Shown piece after piece: positions 11,172-23,989 of a stretch of 64,000 bases of DNA (its first letter is position 1; each line of letters opens with the position of its first letter). The DNA is from Yuukianura sp. NJ FZ-2021 (taxonomy: Eukaryota), in the NCBI GenBank assembly GCA_046563655.1, contig CM102285.1, positions 11,842,001-11,906,000 of the forward strand, read 5' to 3'. The notes beneath the pieces were generated by a model. That model was not told where the DNA came from. It searched no databases and saw nothing but the letters and a program-made list of their open reading frames with translations. A program made the position numbers and the translations under genes.

Positions 11172-14100
11172 ATGGCGTGGGCTTGTCGTTTGGGCTATAC
11201 AAAGCGTCTGCTGTGCATCAGAACTCTGTGTGCCAATTTCCAAAAAACTTTGCAAATCGTGTTCCTAATTTCTGTGATTAATTTGAACTTTGGGACAAGT
11301 TCAGGACAACTCTGTTCCAAAGTGAAGAATTGTTTGTGCTTACCAGGAGCCGAGGACGATGAATTGGAAATTCAGTGTCCGAGGGGAGTACATGAAGTGT
11401 ATGACATTACGCTCAAAGGTAACTTTTAAAACGTTTTAAGTTTCTAAGTTGAATATGTGTTATGCAATACAAATTAGCACAATTTGTATGCGTAGGATGG
11501 GAACAGTATTACGGTTCTTGTATAATTTCAAATGTGTAAGAATAGTTAGCACTTAAACGATGTTGGTCAGCATGAGGATCAACGACCGTAATTGTAGCCG
11601 TACAGTAGCCATCTATGAGCCATATCTAGCCGGCCACATTTGGTGGCTACAACAGTTGCGGCTACACCTGAGTGGCAACTTTTGTAGCCACTTGAACTTA
11701 ATCCAGCCTAAGCCTAAAGTGGCAACATGAGTTGCTCCGCTCCACAGTACTGTGTAGCCACCAAAAGATGGCCTGAGGGGCGACATTGCGTGGCTACAAT
11801 TACAGTCTTTAAACCTTACTTCAACCATAATTTTAAGTGTAAATTTTCTTTTCAGTGAAACAATTAGCAAGTGGTGAAGCCTTCCTCACTATGACCTGTG
11901 ATCCTGACAAACCGGATATTTCTCCGGAGCTAATTGATGGTTTCAGTTTTAGAACGGACGACGACAACCAATGGACATACAATGTCACTCGTGTTTTGGT
12001 TCAGTATTGTCCTGCGTCAACTAAAACATATCCATATGTAAGCACTTTCCAAATTTTGGAAAAAATGTACCTTTACATTTCATGAATTTTCATTGTGATT
12101 TGGTGTTAAAGTACCAAAATAGTTTTGTTTACACTCACTGTGTTTTAATTTTAGGTGCTCAAAGATTTATTTAGTAAAATGAATCTGCCCCTTGAAAGGC
12201 TTCAGAAGTTTACCTACTCACCATCTTCCAAATTCTCAACACCTTTCCCCATGGATCTTCTGGAGAAGATGACAAGCCTGGAAGTTCTGGAAGTTCAAAG
12301 ATTCAATCTAACTAGACTTGGAGTAATCTCCAATCTGACAGAACTCAGAGAACTTGTACTCAGAGACAATCGCATTAGCGTCATAGAACATGAAGCGTTC
12401 AAGTTCATGCCAAAACTGGAGCACTTGGATCTAAGTCTCAACGTCATCTCGAATGTCTCCGAAGACGCGTTTCCAGAATCTCTTGTTCATTTGAATCTAG
12501 CGAAAAACAAGCTTGAAAATTTTCATCCCCAAATTCTAAAACGGCTACATCAGCTAGAAGAATTGGTTCTCACGAGGAATCCACTTCAGAATTTACATCC
12601 CGAAGCATTCGTTAACTCCAAGGCTCTGCGTGTTCTTCAAATGGATTCTACGCAATTTGAGCAGTTTCCGAAATTTCAAAATTTGAATCTCCAACGAATT
12701 AGTATTTCCTACAGAGACGGCAATGGAGAAGAGGCGAGTAGTGCACCAAGTCCATTGACATTGGAAAGTGCTGCTAATGAAGATTCAGAAGATGGACTGC
12801 AAGTAGTTGTCACTGATATGCCAGATCTCACGGAAATTGTTTTTGTACAAGATGGACTCAAGAGATTTCCACGTTTAGAAAACATTACAAATTTGAATAC
12901 TCTACTTCTAAGTGGAAATCAATTTACAGTGATTCCTGAACATGCTTTAAAGTTTCCAGCTTTGAAAACGCTGGATTTGAGTGGAAATCGGCTTGTGAAG
13001 TTGTCGGTAATTGAAACGCAGAATCTCACTTTCCTTGATTTATCAAAGAATCAGTTAGAGGAATTGCAAGGAGCAGTATTTTCCAAATTGACAAACTTGG
13101 AGTCATTGGATTTGAGTATGAACAAGGTAAAAATTGAAAAATATTTTTGAAAATTCAAGTTCATGAATACAAATTTTATTTCAGGAGATTTAAAATTTTT
13201 GTCATTTTAACTCAAAACTTTTGCGTACAAGCAGCCCCAACCAGGCGTCATTATCACCAAATGTTGCAAATGCAATTCATATTGAAATTTTCAAAGCTTC
13301 TGCCGTCAGATCATGTTTTGAGCTTAACTGAAGCAAAGCAGTATTACGTGATTGAGATTATTTAAAAATTATTTTCAAGGTCACGTAAATGGTAACTTTT
13401 TTTTTACAGTACAGGAGTTAACTAACGTAGCGTAACAGAGGTCACGCAATTTGGTGTCGATGAATTAAGTTGAATTTGAAATTATTATGTTTATTATGAT
13501 TTTTATGATTTTTTTTTAATTTGACAGATTCATACGATTGGTCCGAAAGTATTCAGGACTGTGACAAAGTTGACATTTTTGGATTTGTCAACCAATTTAC
13601 TGTCTTTTGAAGAAATCAAAACCAAATCGCAAGAAGATCTCCCAGATTTTGGAAACGGAGGTTTCTTTTCAGATGATTTTGATCATCAATCTCCATTACG
13701 ATTTTGTATGAAATTGGAGAGATTGGATTTAAGTTCGAATCGAATTCAAAATATTTTTAATGACTGGAAAATTTTATTTGGTCAACTAAAATTACTCAAT
13801 TTGACTAAAAATTCTATTTCGTATCTTCACTCTACAACGCTCACCTTTACCGCAAAGTAAGCTAGTCTATTGCAACTTGAAACTTTGAAAATTTGGATTT
13901 TTGAAAATCCAAAAATGCTGTTTTGTTTTTGCAGTGATCTCATTTTGGATATTACGGATAATAATATTTCTACCATAGCCATGAACAATGCTGAATTTCT
14001 TCTGGAAGATCAAGCAAATCATGTCATAAGGTACCTGAAACGTACACTGTATGTGTAACTTTCGTCGGACTCTTTGAGCTTTTTTAATGTTTTCCTTTTC

Positions 14101-15902
14101 CTTTTTAATACAAAACTGAAATTCAAAATTTTGCTTTTCTAGAATCTTCCTGGATGGGAATCCGCTCAATTGTGACTGCAAGATTGTTGCATTTAAGAAT
14201 TTCAAAGTCAAAGGAGTGTATTTCAAATACACAAATCTCACTTGTGCCGAACCTCTTTGGCTTCAAGGGATTCAATTTCGTTCAGGTGAAAGGAAATCTT
14301 GAACAATTTAGGTTTTATGAACTTTCGAAATTTCGGTTTTTGACTTTTGGAATTTTTATTTTTAGTTCCAGCTACAGATTTGATTTGCCCGATTGACACT
14401 TCTTTGGGATGTCCAAGCATTTGCGAGTGTTGGGATGTTCCTGCAAACAAAACGATTGCAGTTGACTGTTCATATCGATCACTCGGAGATGATTATATTC
14501 CTGATGTGCATGAAATCAATGGGCCATGGGCTCAGCGATACGATTTTACGCTCAACTTGGCTGGAAACAATATTTCCGATCTTGATTCCAATAGAACCAA
14601 AAGTAAGTCGAATTTTCAAAAAAAAATCATTTCAATCTGAGGTGGATTGAGTTTTTTCGTAATTCAGTAATTAAAAATATTTTCATTTTTATAGACCTCA
14701 GTTCCAGAATTGCTAAAATTGATCTGTCTCAGAACAGATTAACGTCTCTAAATTTTCTAAACCTGCTTTCAAACAACAATCAATCAAGCTTCTACTTGGC
14801 TGCAAACCACTTTTCATGTAATGACTGCAACTTTCACAGAATGCTCAGAAGTCATTTCAAAAGAGTTCCAGACTACGACAACGTTTCTTGTCTCCTCATC
14901 ACTGAATCTTCAGGAGAAAAACAAACTGTACGCTACATTGCTGAAAAATTTCCAGAAGATGAGGCTTGTATTGTATACATCACAGCGGAAGTTCAGGCAA
15001 TGATTATCGTGGCTTCCATTTTTCTCGTTTTTCTCATCGTGTTTATTGCGGTTTACTTTCGATATGGATGGGCTCTACGAGCGTATCTCTACTCCAAAGG
15101 ATTTGGATGTTGCTTTGGACTGGAAGAAGAAGAAGAACAGGGGAAGACTTATGATGCTTTTGTGTCCTATTCTCATAAGGTACAAGAAAAAAACTGGAAA
15201 AAGTTATGAAAACAAGATTTCATGTTTTAAAAAGTGCATGTTTTTGGATTTGCGCAGGATGAAGATTGGGTTTTGACACAATTGGTGCCACGACTAGAGG
15301 AACAAGAAGGATTCAAGCTCTGCCTGCATTTTCGTGACTGGACTCCTGGAGACTGGATTCCAGATCAAATTGTTCGATCTGTTGACAAGTCAAGACGAAC
15401 AATAGTCATTCTTTCCAAACATTTTGTAGAAAGTGTTTGGTCTCGATTAGAATTCAAAGCGGCTCACTCTCAGGTAGGTCGCGAAAAAATCAAAATTTTG
15501 AAAAAATTCGAAATTGTTCTACAATGTGTTTTTTTCTGAAGGCCCTGACTGACAAGGCTAATCGCCTCATTCTTGTAATGATGGATGAAGACTTGAAGGA
15601 CCAAGATGTAAAAGACGATGATCTCCGGGTTTATATGAAGTAACTTTTTTAGATTTCAAGTTGAATTGGCTTATGTACTTAAAAATTTTGCACAAATTGA
15701 TTTGTATTTGGCCATTTCCAGGATGAACACTTACTTGAAGTATGGTGACCCATGGTTTTGGCATAAACTGAAATATGCCCTACCCCATCGACATAAAAAG
15801 ACTGTTTCAGCTGAAGCCGTTTTGCTCAAACAGCAACAAAGGGAGCGAGCCATTCAATTGGACAAGCTGCGAGCCAAAATGGAAAATACAATCATTGCTT
15901 AG
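11172..15902 (+). CDS. Toll-like receptor, multi-cysteine-cluster (Toll-1 type): LRRs, internal LRRCT/LRRNT, TM, TIR
   Basis: Many LxxLxLxxN repeats; GNPLNCDC and CPSICEC internal caps; TM IIVASIFLVFLIVFIAVYF; TIR boxes YDAFVSYSH, LCLHFRDWTPG, SRRTIVILSKHFVESVWSRLEF, TYLKYGDPWFWHKLKYALPH. Confidence 0.95.
11584..11807. mobile_element. MITE-like inverted-repeat element in Toll intron 1
   Basis: gaccgtaattgtagcc ... ggctacaattacagtc (15/16 inverted match), inner inverted pair tttggtggctaca / tgtagccaccaaa, repeated gtagcc/ggctac sub-motifs. Confidence 0.55.
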
Positions 15903-16321
15903 AGAGTTCTTCATCTTCTCAATTTGGAAATCTCGTCATTTGCTTCATAATTTTATAATTATAAAGTATAAAAAGTAAAACGCAAACGTAAGATTTTAAA
16001 CTCAATCATCTGAAGAAATACTTCACTTTGCTGTACCTGCCTAGAAATATTTTTATTGCAACTGAGTAGCCCTAAATCCTAAGTTTTTGTAAGAATTAAC
16101 GCTAGAAGATTCAGTAAATTTACAAAAATCGGGTCACTTCGGTGGAATTTATTTTGATTGTATTCATTATGATTTACTTTTAGTGTAAGTTACACTGTGT
16201 AACTTACCAATTAGCAGCACTGTTGCATTATTTTCGGAAATAAGATTAGCACTTTGTGTTATAGTCTGAAATGGCTTAGGTCAAAGGTCATGGGATTTAT
16301 AAAAGTATGGATTTTGGAATC

Positions 16322-18665
16322 TTAGTTGTCTTCAAACGGAAGTGGCCTTACGACTCTTCCGAAAAACAGAACCGTTTTGGCCTTGATGTTCATAATTATA
16401 AAGCAGAATGGACGATTAACGGTGAACAGAATTGGACGATCATCCAGCGTTCTGTCTCCAGTGGCAACAGTTACTGCTGCAGCCGACACGCCATCTTCGT
16501 TCATTTCAAAAATGGATTTGTGCAGCACAGAACTAACGTGCAGTCCACCTTAGAACAGAAAATACAAAAATCAAACCGAATCTAAGAATTTTGCAACTTG
16601 AAATTGTTAGGATATCTTACGAGTAGCTGACATTCGGCTGAAGTTGGCCGTCTTCTGGCCAAATATGGATCCTAGTCCAAACTTGGACAGCAACTCATGT
16701 ACTTGACCTTCGCTTTCTAGCCTCATCTTTGGAATTTGAATAGTCACTTGCGCCAATTTCATGGAACTGACTTGCTTCAAGTTCTCCAGGGTCATTTCCT
16801 TCTCCATTTCCTGAAAATTTCAATGAAATTTGAACAAAATTACTAAATATTCACAGCCAATAGAATTTCTTGTGCTTTTTTGTACCTTGAGACCTTTGAC
16901 CCCCGGATTTGTTGGAAGAATCACGAAGAGGCCAATGCCTTTGCCCTTATAAGGGATCCCGACGACCCTGAAATGCGGAGTCTCCAAGTACGGAACATTG
17001 ATAAGATTTGTCATCATGGAAACTTCGATAGTTTCTTTGGGAGAGACATAAAATGGTTTCTTCTGTGTTATTTCTTTGATGAAGGGTACTTCCCAGTCTC
17101 CTCGGAAGTATACAGCATTCAGCAGCATCAGCGTAGTCTGGTCGCTTGGTGGGGAATCAATTAACGATTTGATTTTTCCCTAAAAATATTTCCAAAATAT
17201 CATTAATTTTTTTAAAATTTCAATATCCAAATCCAAAATTTAGGAGCCTTACATTTGTTTTATAAGAAACCCAATTGTTGACAGTTTTCATAACTTCTTC
17301 AGCTTGTTTTCCAAAATCAAAGCTGTCACTCTGTGCGTCATAGAATTGGATGGCGTCACGTTTGTAGGAATCCAGCAGTGGATATTGTTTGTCAACAAGA
17401 ATTCGGTTACAGATTGTAACGGCCACATTTTGTGTTGATCCACGATGTAAAAAGTTCAACAATCTTCGAAAAGCTGCATGAAAACGTATTTCCCTCAGAG
17501 GATCATCAATGCTGATTGGTTTTGATGGCTTGAGCTGAGCTCCCAATTCCTAAAATTGCGAAACAAAAGATCTCGGGTTAAAATTCTTTCGAATTTTTGA
17601 AAATTCCAAAAAACTTACCGTAAAAGTCGTTCCGTTTGAGCCAAGGAAGAAAAGTGCCAAAATATTTGCGATACTGAATGGAGACAGAACAGCATTTTGG
17701 TCATCCCAGTTACTGTGCTTGATGATGTCTACCAGAAATGACACAGTGTCGACAACATCATCATTTGTAAACTTTGGACTTATATAGTCTGATCCCAGTG
17801 AATCAAACACGCCTGGCGACACGAGCTGATTCGGAGTTGCGTCTTTTCTGTCTCCAAGCGAAACGGAAGGAGGTGTTCTACGACTACTTGATCCTGGATA
17901 GGCAATTCGGTCTGAAAAACTGTTCGAAACGTGTAGAGCTGGAAGCGAAGATGAAGCGCCAGATGGGAATATGACTGGAGATGGGAGGGATTGCAAGTCT
18001 TTGTCAGATACTGGATTATCAAAGCGCTCTTCCTTAGTCCGGAAGTGTAAGTAGCCTTTTTTCCGGGTTAAGATTCTCAGAGCAGTTCGATCCGCTAGTT
18101 GTTCCGTGGTGGGTTCGGAGGTGGGTCGTTTCGGTTTTGATTTGAAGACGATATTGACTGGAGGATTTGGTGGGCGGAGTTCCACTTCTGTCAAGTACTT
18201 GTGATATTCATTGTTAAGGTCAAGGAGTCTGTTAGTTAGTCCATATTTCTGAAGCATCAAGTAATAAATCCTTGGCGAAAACGTGCGGTTTTCCCATCTA
18301 GGAGTGCATAATAATCATAACAACTTAAAATTTAATGCGATTACAATTTAGCACTTCCATATCATTATGTTGATCTACAAAATTTGGAAACCTTCCAAGA
18401 AAATGAGCTAAACGTCCATTTTTGCGGGAAATTAGCAAATGAGACATGCGCTGTTGCGAATTTGATATGCAAATATTTTTGCAAAACTAAAAACGTATAA
18501 ATGTGTAGACATAGAAATTGTTGCTTACCTTGTAAATGTTACATAGATGACTGGATCTCCTTCTGCTGATGGTGTGGATGAAGGCGAAGCTGTGTTAATC
18601 ACATCGCCAAATGCCAAATAGACACACAGTACTTGGAAACTGGCTGCCACAACGTTGATTTTCAT
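16322..18665 (-). CDS. Secreted serpin with long N-terminal extension (Spn28D-like)
   Basis: Signal peptide MKINVVAASFQVLCVYLAFG; NAVLSPFSIANILALFFLGSNGTT, VNNWVSYKTN, LLNAVYFRGDWEVPF, IPKMRLE, hinge/RCL EDGVSAAAVTVATGDRTL, FTVNRPFCFII, LFFGRVVRP. Confidence 0.93.
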
Positions 18666-20487
18666 CGTTCAGTTGTTAATTAACAGAAATTTGCACACTT
18701 GATTAATGATTAATCACTGCCAGCTCGCGTCATCCAGGATATCCGGCTACTCTGATTGCCAATGCCGTAGGCAACACAATAGCGCTTGCGATTTTTTCCA
18801 AATTTGAAGAAAATTTTGATATTTTCAATCACCGTTCGATTGAAATTCACATGTTGAGTTTTCTAAAAACCAGAATAATCACAAATTGACTTTAGAAATG
18901 GCGTAGTAAGAAACGAGATTTAAAGTTGTTTGGGTAGAAAATTTGCAATTTGAGTAAAAAGTGATGAGGACGAGGAGGTTGAGATGCTGCTGGTTAGACT
19001 TGCATTGAGATAGGGTCTAAGACAGGATTCTAAAGAGGATAGCAGAAAATTTGCAAAAACTCTGCCACAAGACGTCATTTCAGCAAAAATACAACTTTTT
19101 TCACAAAAAAAAAAATTAAAAAGAAACGAGTTAGGCAAATGGAAGTAATTGTGACTTTAGCTTGTGATTTTGAAGGTTCAGGTTTACCTTAAAAAGGCCA
19201 AAATGTGGTCTTGAATGGACTCTTTGCCACTGCGCCTGGAATAATACACAATTAATGCACAAAGTTGGAAATTGTTTATGACGATGACCATGGGCCAGTT
19301 AAGTTGTATGACCAGTTTCTAGCACTTCTCAACCCAAAACTCCATCTTATTACACTGAAAATGTTTACTTTACTTGCAAAAATCCTACTACTAATTAAAT
19401 AAACAATAAAAATGTCACACCTATAGATGAGAATCTTTGTTGTTGATTTCCAACCTCCCTAAGCTTAAAACTATTCAAGGGATGGTCGTTGTAGTTCTTA
19501 TTCTGAAATGCTTACTTTTATAGTTGACGTTCTTGATTTTAGGTGTTTGGCTTCATTACGTTAATTTTTGGGATTTTCCTACACAAAAACCTAATCACTC
19601 CTGAAAAAACGCAAAACGTTGGCTTAAATTCCGGAGAACTGCAACTTTCCAAGTGTGAAGTTCAATTCAAAGGGGGTTTTTTGTGGTAGAACGTCGGAAA
19701 TACCGTATGATCTTTAGACTTTGGAGTCAGATGTACGTCTGTCAAGCAAGGGTTTGAAGTCTTATTTTTAAAATAGGCTAAGCTATTGGTCCCAAATGGA
19801 CTGATTTAAGTTAGAGCTTGAGCTGTCCATGGTCATGGTTATTTCCAATTCCCGAAGGGCTTAGAAACCGGTTCACAATTTCAAGAAATATTCACAGCTC
19901 ACAAGTTTTTTTTTCTAGTTTTGAGGCGGACTATCTTTTTCTTCCTATTTTTTCTGTTTTATAAATTTGAATTGTAGAAGGGGCAAAGAAATTGTAATTA
20001 GTGAGACTTCTTTTAAGTGTTTTTTAATTTAGAACTAGTTTTTAACAGTGAATGTAGTTACATTTTATTTCTAACTTTGCAGTTAACTTTTCATTAGGAT
20101 AAGGGAAAGACGCCTAGACAAAGTTACGCGGGAATTTGCATTTTGAAAATCAGCTGGAACTTTATGGAATTTGTTTTTCAGTGGATTCGAGTAAACAAAA
20201 ACAAACCGAAAAGTTAGTTGCTCAGTTGCATTGCAGCTTACAGCCTTGCAGTGTTGGAGTTTTTAATTAATCAGTGTGACTCTGCTGCTCTGTTGGTGTT
20301 AATGACTTGTCGATTGATCGATTGTGGTTAGCGACTCCAGTGTTGACATCTCACACAACTGTCTCCAGACCCAGAAGTTGTCGACGTTCCTATCCCAATT
20401 CTATTCTTCTGACATTTCAGAAAGAAGAGAAGGCAGGTCGTCGATGAACGGCTACTGTAACTGTTACTTAAATACTGGCGGGAAAGG

Positions 20488-22092
20488 ATGCTGGTTTCTT
20501 TAATTAACATGCATTGCTCAGCATTCATGTATTTTACGCTGATTCTGGTTGTACTGATTCCGAATTATGGTAAGTTTCGTCCTGATTTAGCTCTAGCTTA
20601 GGATAGGAACAATAATTCATTTGAGCACAAGTTTGACGATTCATTTTTATTCCAGGATCTACCGGTTCAGAGCTTCAGACATCGATGGATAGTATCGACG
20701 ATAAGGGCGATAGTGGCAGTGCCTTGTGTCGTATTGCACGAAATGCTAGAAATTCTGTACTGACGAAGGCGCTGGAGTCCGTTCCCGATCCGGATTTTAT
20801 AAATAGTTGTGTTGTTTCAGATTCATGTACCTCGTTACTCTGCTCAACAAAGGCCAAGGTAAAGTTCTAAAGAAAGCCTTAAACGAAATCTTGAAATCTA
20901 ATCTATGTAGTACTGGCCACTGGTCATCGTATCGGGATAACCGTTTAGTAATTGTTACATGGATTATCTGGAAAGGATCTAATGTTATGTTGAATTTTTT
21001 GATTCTAGGAACAAAACGAGAAGTTCGGATGGCGTCTAAAGATCTGCGATTCATCGGGTTCGAAAATTGATTTTATTTTCAAGTCCCCTTCAATTACGAA
21101 TTCAAGCTGGTTGTATTCTGCTTCACCTCAAACTGCTGTGCAACGACCAAAAGTGCCACTGGTTACAGGTATGACAGTATCCTCGTTACTAGTATACATA
21201 AAAACTTAAAAATTACTAATGTAATTTTTCATTGCTACTAGGTGAAAGTGGCCTGGATTATTACCTGAATATAACATTTCTTCGCTGGTTCAGCCAACTT
21301 AATCCATCAGATGAAAAGTGGAGTACGCTTTCGTTGGATGTTTCGCTGGACACTTGTAATCGGACGTGCGAAAGTGTCAAAATTTTAACTGGAATTGAAT
21401 TTCCTCTTATGCAGTTGTGTGAAAGTGTTGATTCTGCTGTGACTTCCGCAAGCCTCATCAGAAGCAATCCGAAGACGATACAGATCCCTAAATATTTTAC
21501 TAGTCAGAAAGGTAAGTTGTATTTTATTTAGAATTTCTGCTTCATTGAGGAGTTTGCACAATTTGCAGACGAATTTCAACTTCAGGTATGCCTTGTACGA
21601 TGGAGAATCCGTTCGTATGCGGAAAAAATTCGGTATGTCGATACCATGAAGGCGGAGCGAAAAACGAAGGAATCTGTGATTGTTGTGATACTTGTGAGTT
21701 AGCGCAAGATGGATCCTGTCGAATCGGATCAAGGACATCAACAGTTCCGCCTTCATCTGCTACTCATGAATCTGACGACGACGGTGATTCCTGTAAGAAA
21801 AAAGTTTTCTTCTTCTTTTCCAAATTTACGAAATTCTAATTCAAAATACCGTTTGATTTAACAATTTTCAGCCTCAGCTATCAGTGGTTTCGGTGCCTTT
21901 TTCGCCATAGTCTTCCTGATTTTACTTGGCGGTGGAATTTTCTATGGTGTAAAGTACAACATGTTTTCAAGAGTGCATAATCGCATCCGGATGTACTGGG
22001 CATCTCACTGCAGTCACCGAGTTATCAGTGTTGCTGACCAAGGTCATATGTTCAATCCAATATACGATGACGACGACCCGCCGCTACTGTGA
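20488..22092 (+). CDS. Orphan type-I membrane protein, Cys-rich ectodomain, cytoplasmic NPxY and acidic dileucine motifs (6 exons)
   Basis: Phase-compatible GT-AG exons: signal MLVSLINMHCSAFMYFTLILVVLIPNYG; EGF/EB-like CTMENPFVCGKNSVC...CDCCDTCELAQDGSC; TM FGAFFAIVFLILLGGGIFYGV; tail ...MFNPIYDDDDPPLL*. Confidence 0.75.
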
Positions 22093-22870
22093 TTTCTGAA
22101 ATCTCTCACTTACTTCTGTAATCTCAAGAAGACGCCCATTATGACACATCGCATCTACAGCTGGAGCATTTAAAAACATCGGTCAAAAGATAAGTTTCAG
22201 TTTTTGTTTGCACTTTTATCACATTTTCTATAGTGGCTGATGATATTATTGACAGTTTGCTCACAGCTTAGGTCAAATATTTACTCTTTTTCCGGTTGAA
22301 TTGTTGGATTTCTTTGTTGCATGTCAAACTGAAAGATCTACTTTTTTTTTACCAGTTTATTAGATAATTAAGTTTACACATTGCATTCTTAAGATGACAT
22401 TCGTAAATCATTTTAGTCACAGCAAAAACTGTGATTGCTGCTTGCTTATGTTGTGAAACTGACGACGAGTTAGAAATGATGCTGCTGCTAGCGAACAGAA
22501 ACGAGATTTATCCAAAGAGAATGTGATGTCTTTATTTCTGTTTTATGAATAGCCTCTGCTGAATTTGTAAAAATTATTTTCAGAAAATATTAAACTTGAT
22601 CGTTAAAATATCTATGGTAACCAGGGGCTGACGTTATTTGTTTGATCAATTTTTTTCTGCAAAGGACGAGTATACATTTTGCTTCTTTTCACTTGACTCC
22701 TTCAATTTTCCAGGAAACAGATTTGATTAGAATTGAACTATCTGTGCTGGACATTGTTAGAAATTGATCAAGCATGTAAGTTTTACTGGATTACCTAGGT
22801 GAGATACTGTATCTAATATTTTTGGGGTTTATTTTGCAGAACTGTCCTGATTCGTTGAAAGGAATCGAAG

Positions 22871-23512
22871 ATGGAACAAATGCAAGCCATTTGGTCCGCA
22901 TTGGACGAAATGATGGAACAGGATCCAAAGAAATACGAAGAATTTATCAAAAGTCAAATCGAAGCTGGACGATCGGCTTTCGCTTCCGGAAGTAATCAAC
23001 CAAGTACTAATACTACACGAAGATCTGATTTGTCATCCATTCTCTCATCGCTGGCTGAACGAAATTCGGAGCCGAAGCCGAATCTATGCGACAAATCCAA
23101 GGCAAAAGATGAAGAACAAGAGAGAGGAGACAACAAAAGTTGTAGTTCCAAGGCACAAGCAGTAAAACCGGAGAAACACGAGAGTATCGTCAATGCCGCC
23201 GATGTTATCAAAATGAAGAATTTGGCAAATTCTACTAAACTCGATGCAAGTCATTTATTTATACTAATTCCAAGTCCAAAGATCACCGCAAAATTGCATA
23301 TTTTTTTTCCTTCGTCAAAGGTCCCAGTTGGGGGTGACGCAGATTCGGTCAAGAAAGATGGAAAGCCATTTGAACTGAAATTGCCTATTGGCATTGAACC
23401 AACTAAAATTAAGAAAGGCGGAGCAGGGGGAAGTGTCCTCATCCAGGAAATCTCATCAACCGAAACCGAAGATCGGAACAATTGGGAAGACGAGGCTATC
23501 GGGCCATGCTAA
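22871..23512 (+). CDS. PIH1D2-like protein (N-terminal helix motif only; short)
   Basis: MQAIWSALDEMMEQDPKKYEEFIKSQI resembles the PIH1D2 N-terminus; LIQEISS motif near the end; probable 75-nt GC-AG intron 23246-23320. Confidence 0.55.
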   Translation: MEQMQAIWSALDEMMEQDPKKYEEFIKSQIEAGRSAFASGSNQPSTNTTRRSDLSSILSSLAERNSEPKPNLCDKSKAKDEEQERGDNKSCSSKAQAVKPEKHESIVNAADVIKMKNLANSTKLDASHLFILIPSPKITAKLHIFFPSSKVPVGGDADSVKKDGKPFELKLPIGIEPTKIKKGGAGGSVLIQEISSTETEDRNNWEDEAIGPC

Positions 23513-23989
23513 AAACTGAAGCTTTCTTGCCTAAAATTTAACGACAACAACACCTCTCAAACCTCTTATTGCAAACATAAAAATTCGCAACCTCTCGCTT
23601 GAATTTTCTTCGTTTGGCTTGCTTTTACTTTGCATAAGGCGGGATTCTGGTTTGGCTGAACTAGCGTCATGCAGTCTAGTAGTTTACGCTTATCTGTAAA
23701 TCATTTGCATTTCGCTTTTGCTCTTCTCTGATTCTGATGTGTATTTTATATCCTATTTTAAGCTGTGACTATTACCCAAGTAATTAACTCCAACTAACTA
23801 ACTAATAACTACATTCACAATCAAGAGTTAGCAGGTTGACAGCATCCATCGACGTCGACCTAATTGGGTAAAGTGGCAAAAATCTTCCTGTAGTAGTCTA
23901 CCGAGAGAATTTAACGACTCAAACTGATATTCCGTCTTTTGTTTATTGCAGAAAATTCTCTCGATGTGAAAAGGTTTCAAAGGCTTACA

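Noticed and set aside
19570..19579. kappaB-like site GGGATTTTCC ~900 bp upstream of the serpin (another at 6532-6541, reverse strand)
   Set aside because: Isolated 10-mers matching a degenerate consensus are expected by chance in 64 kb; no clustering
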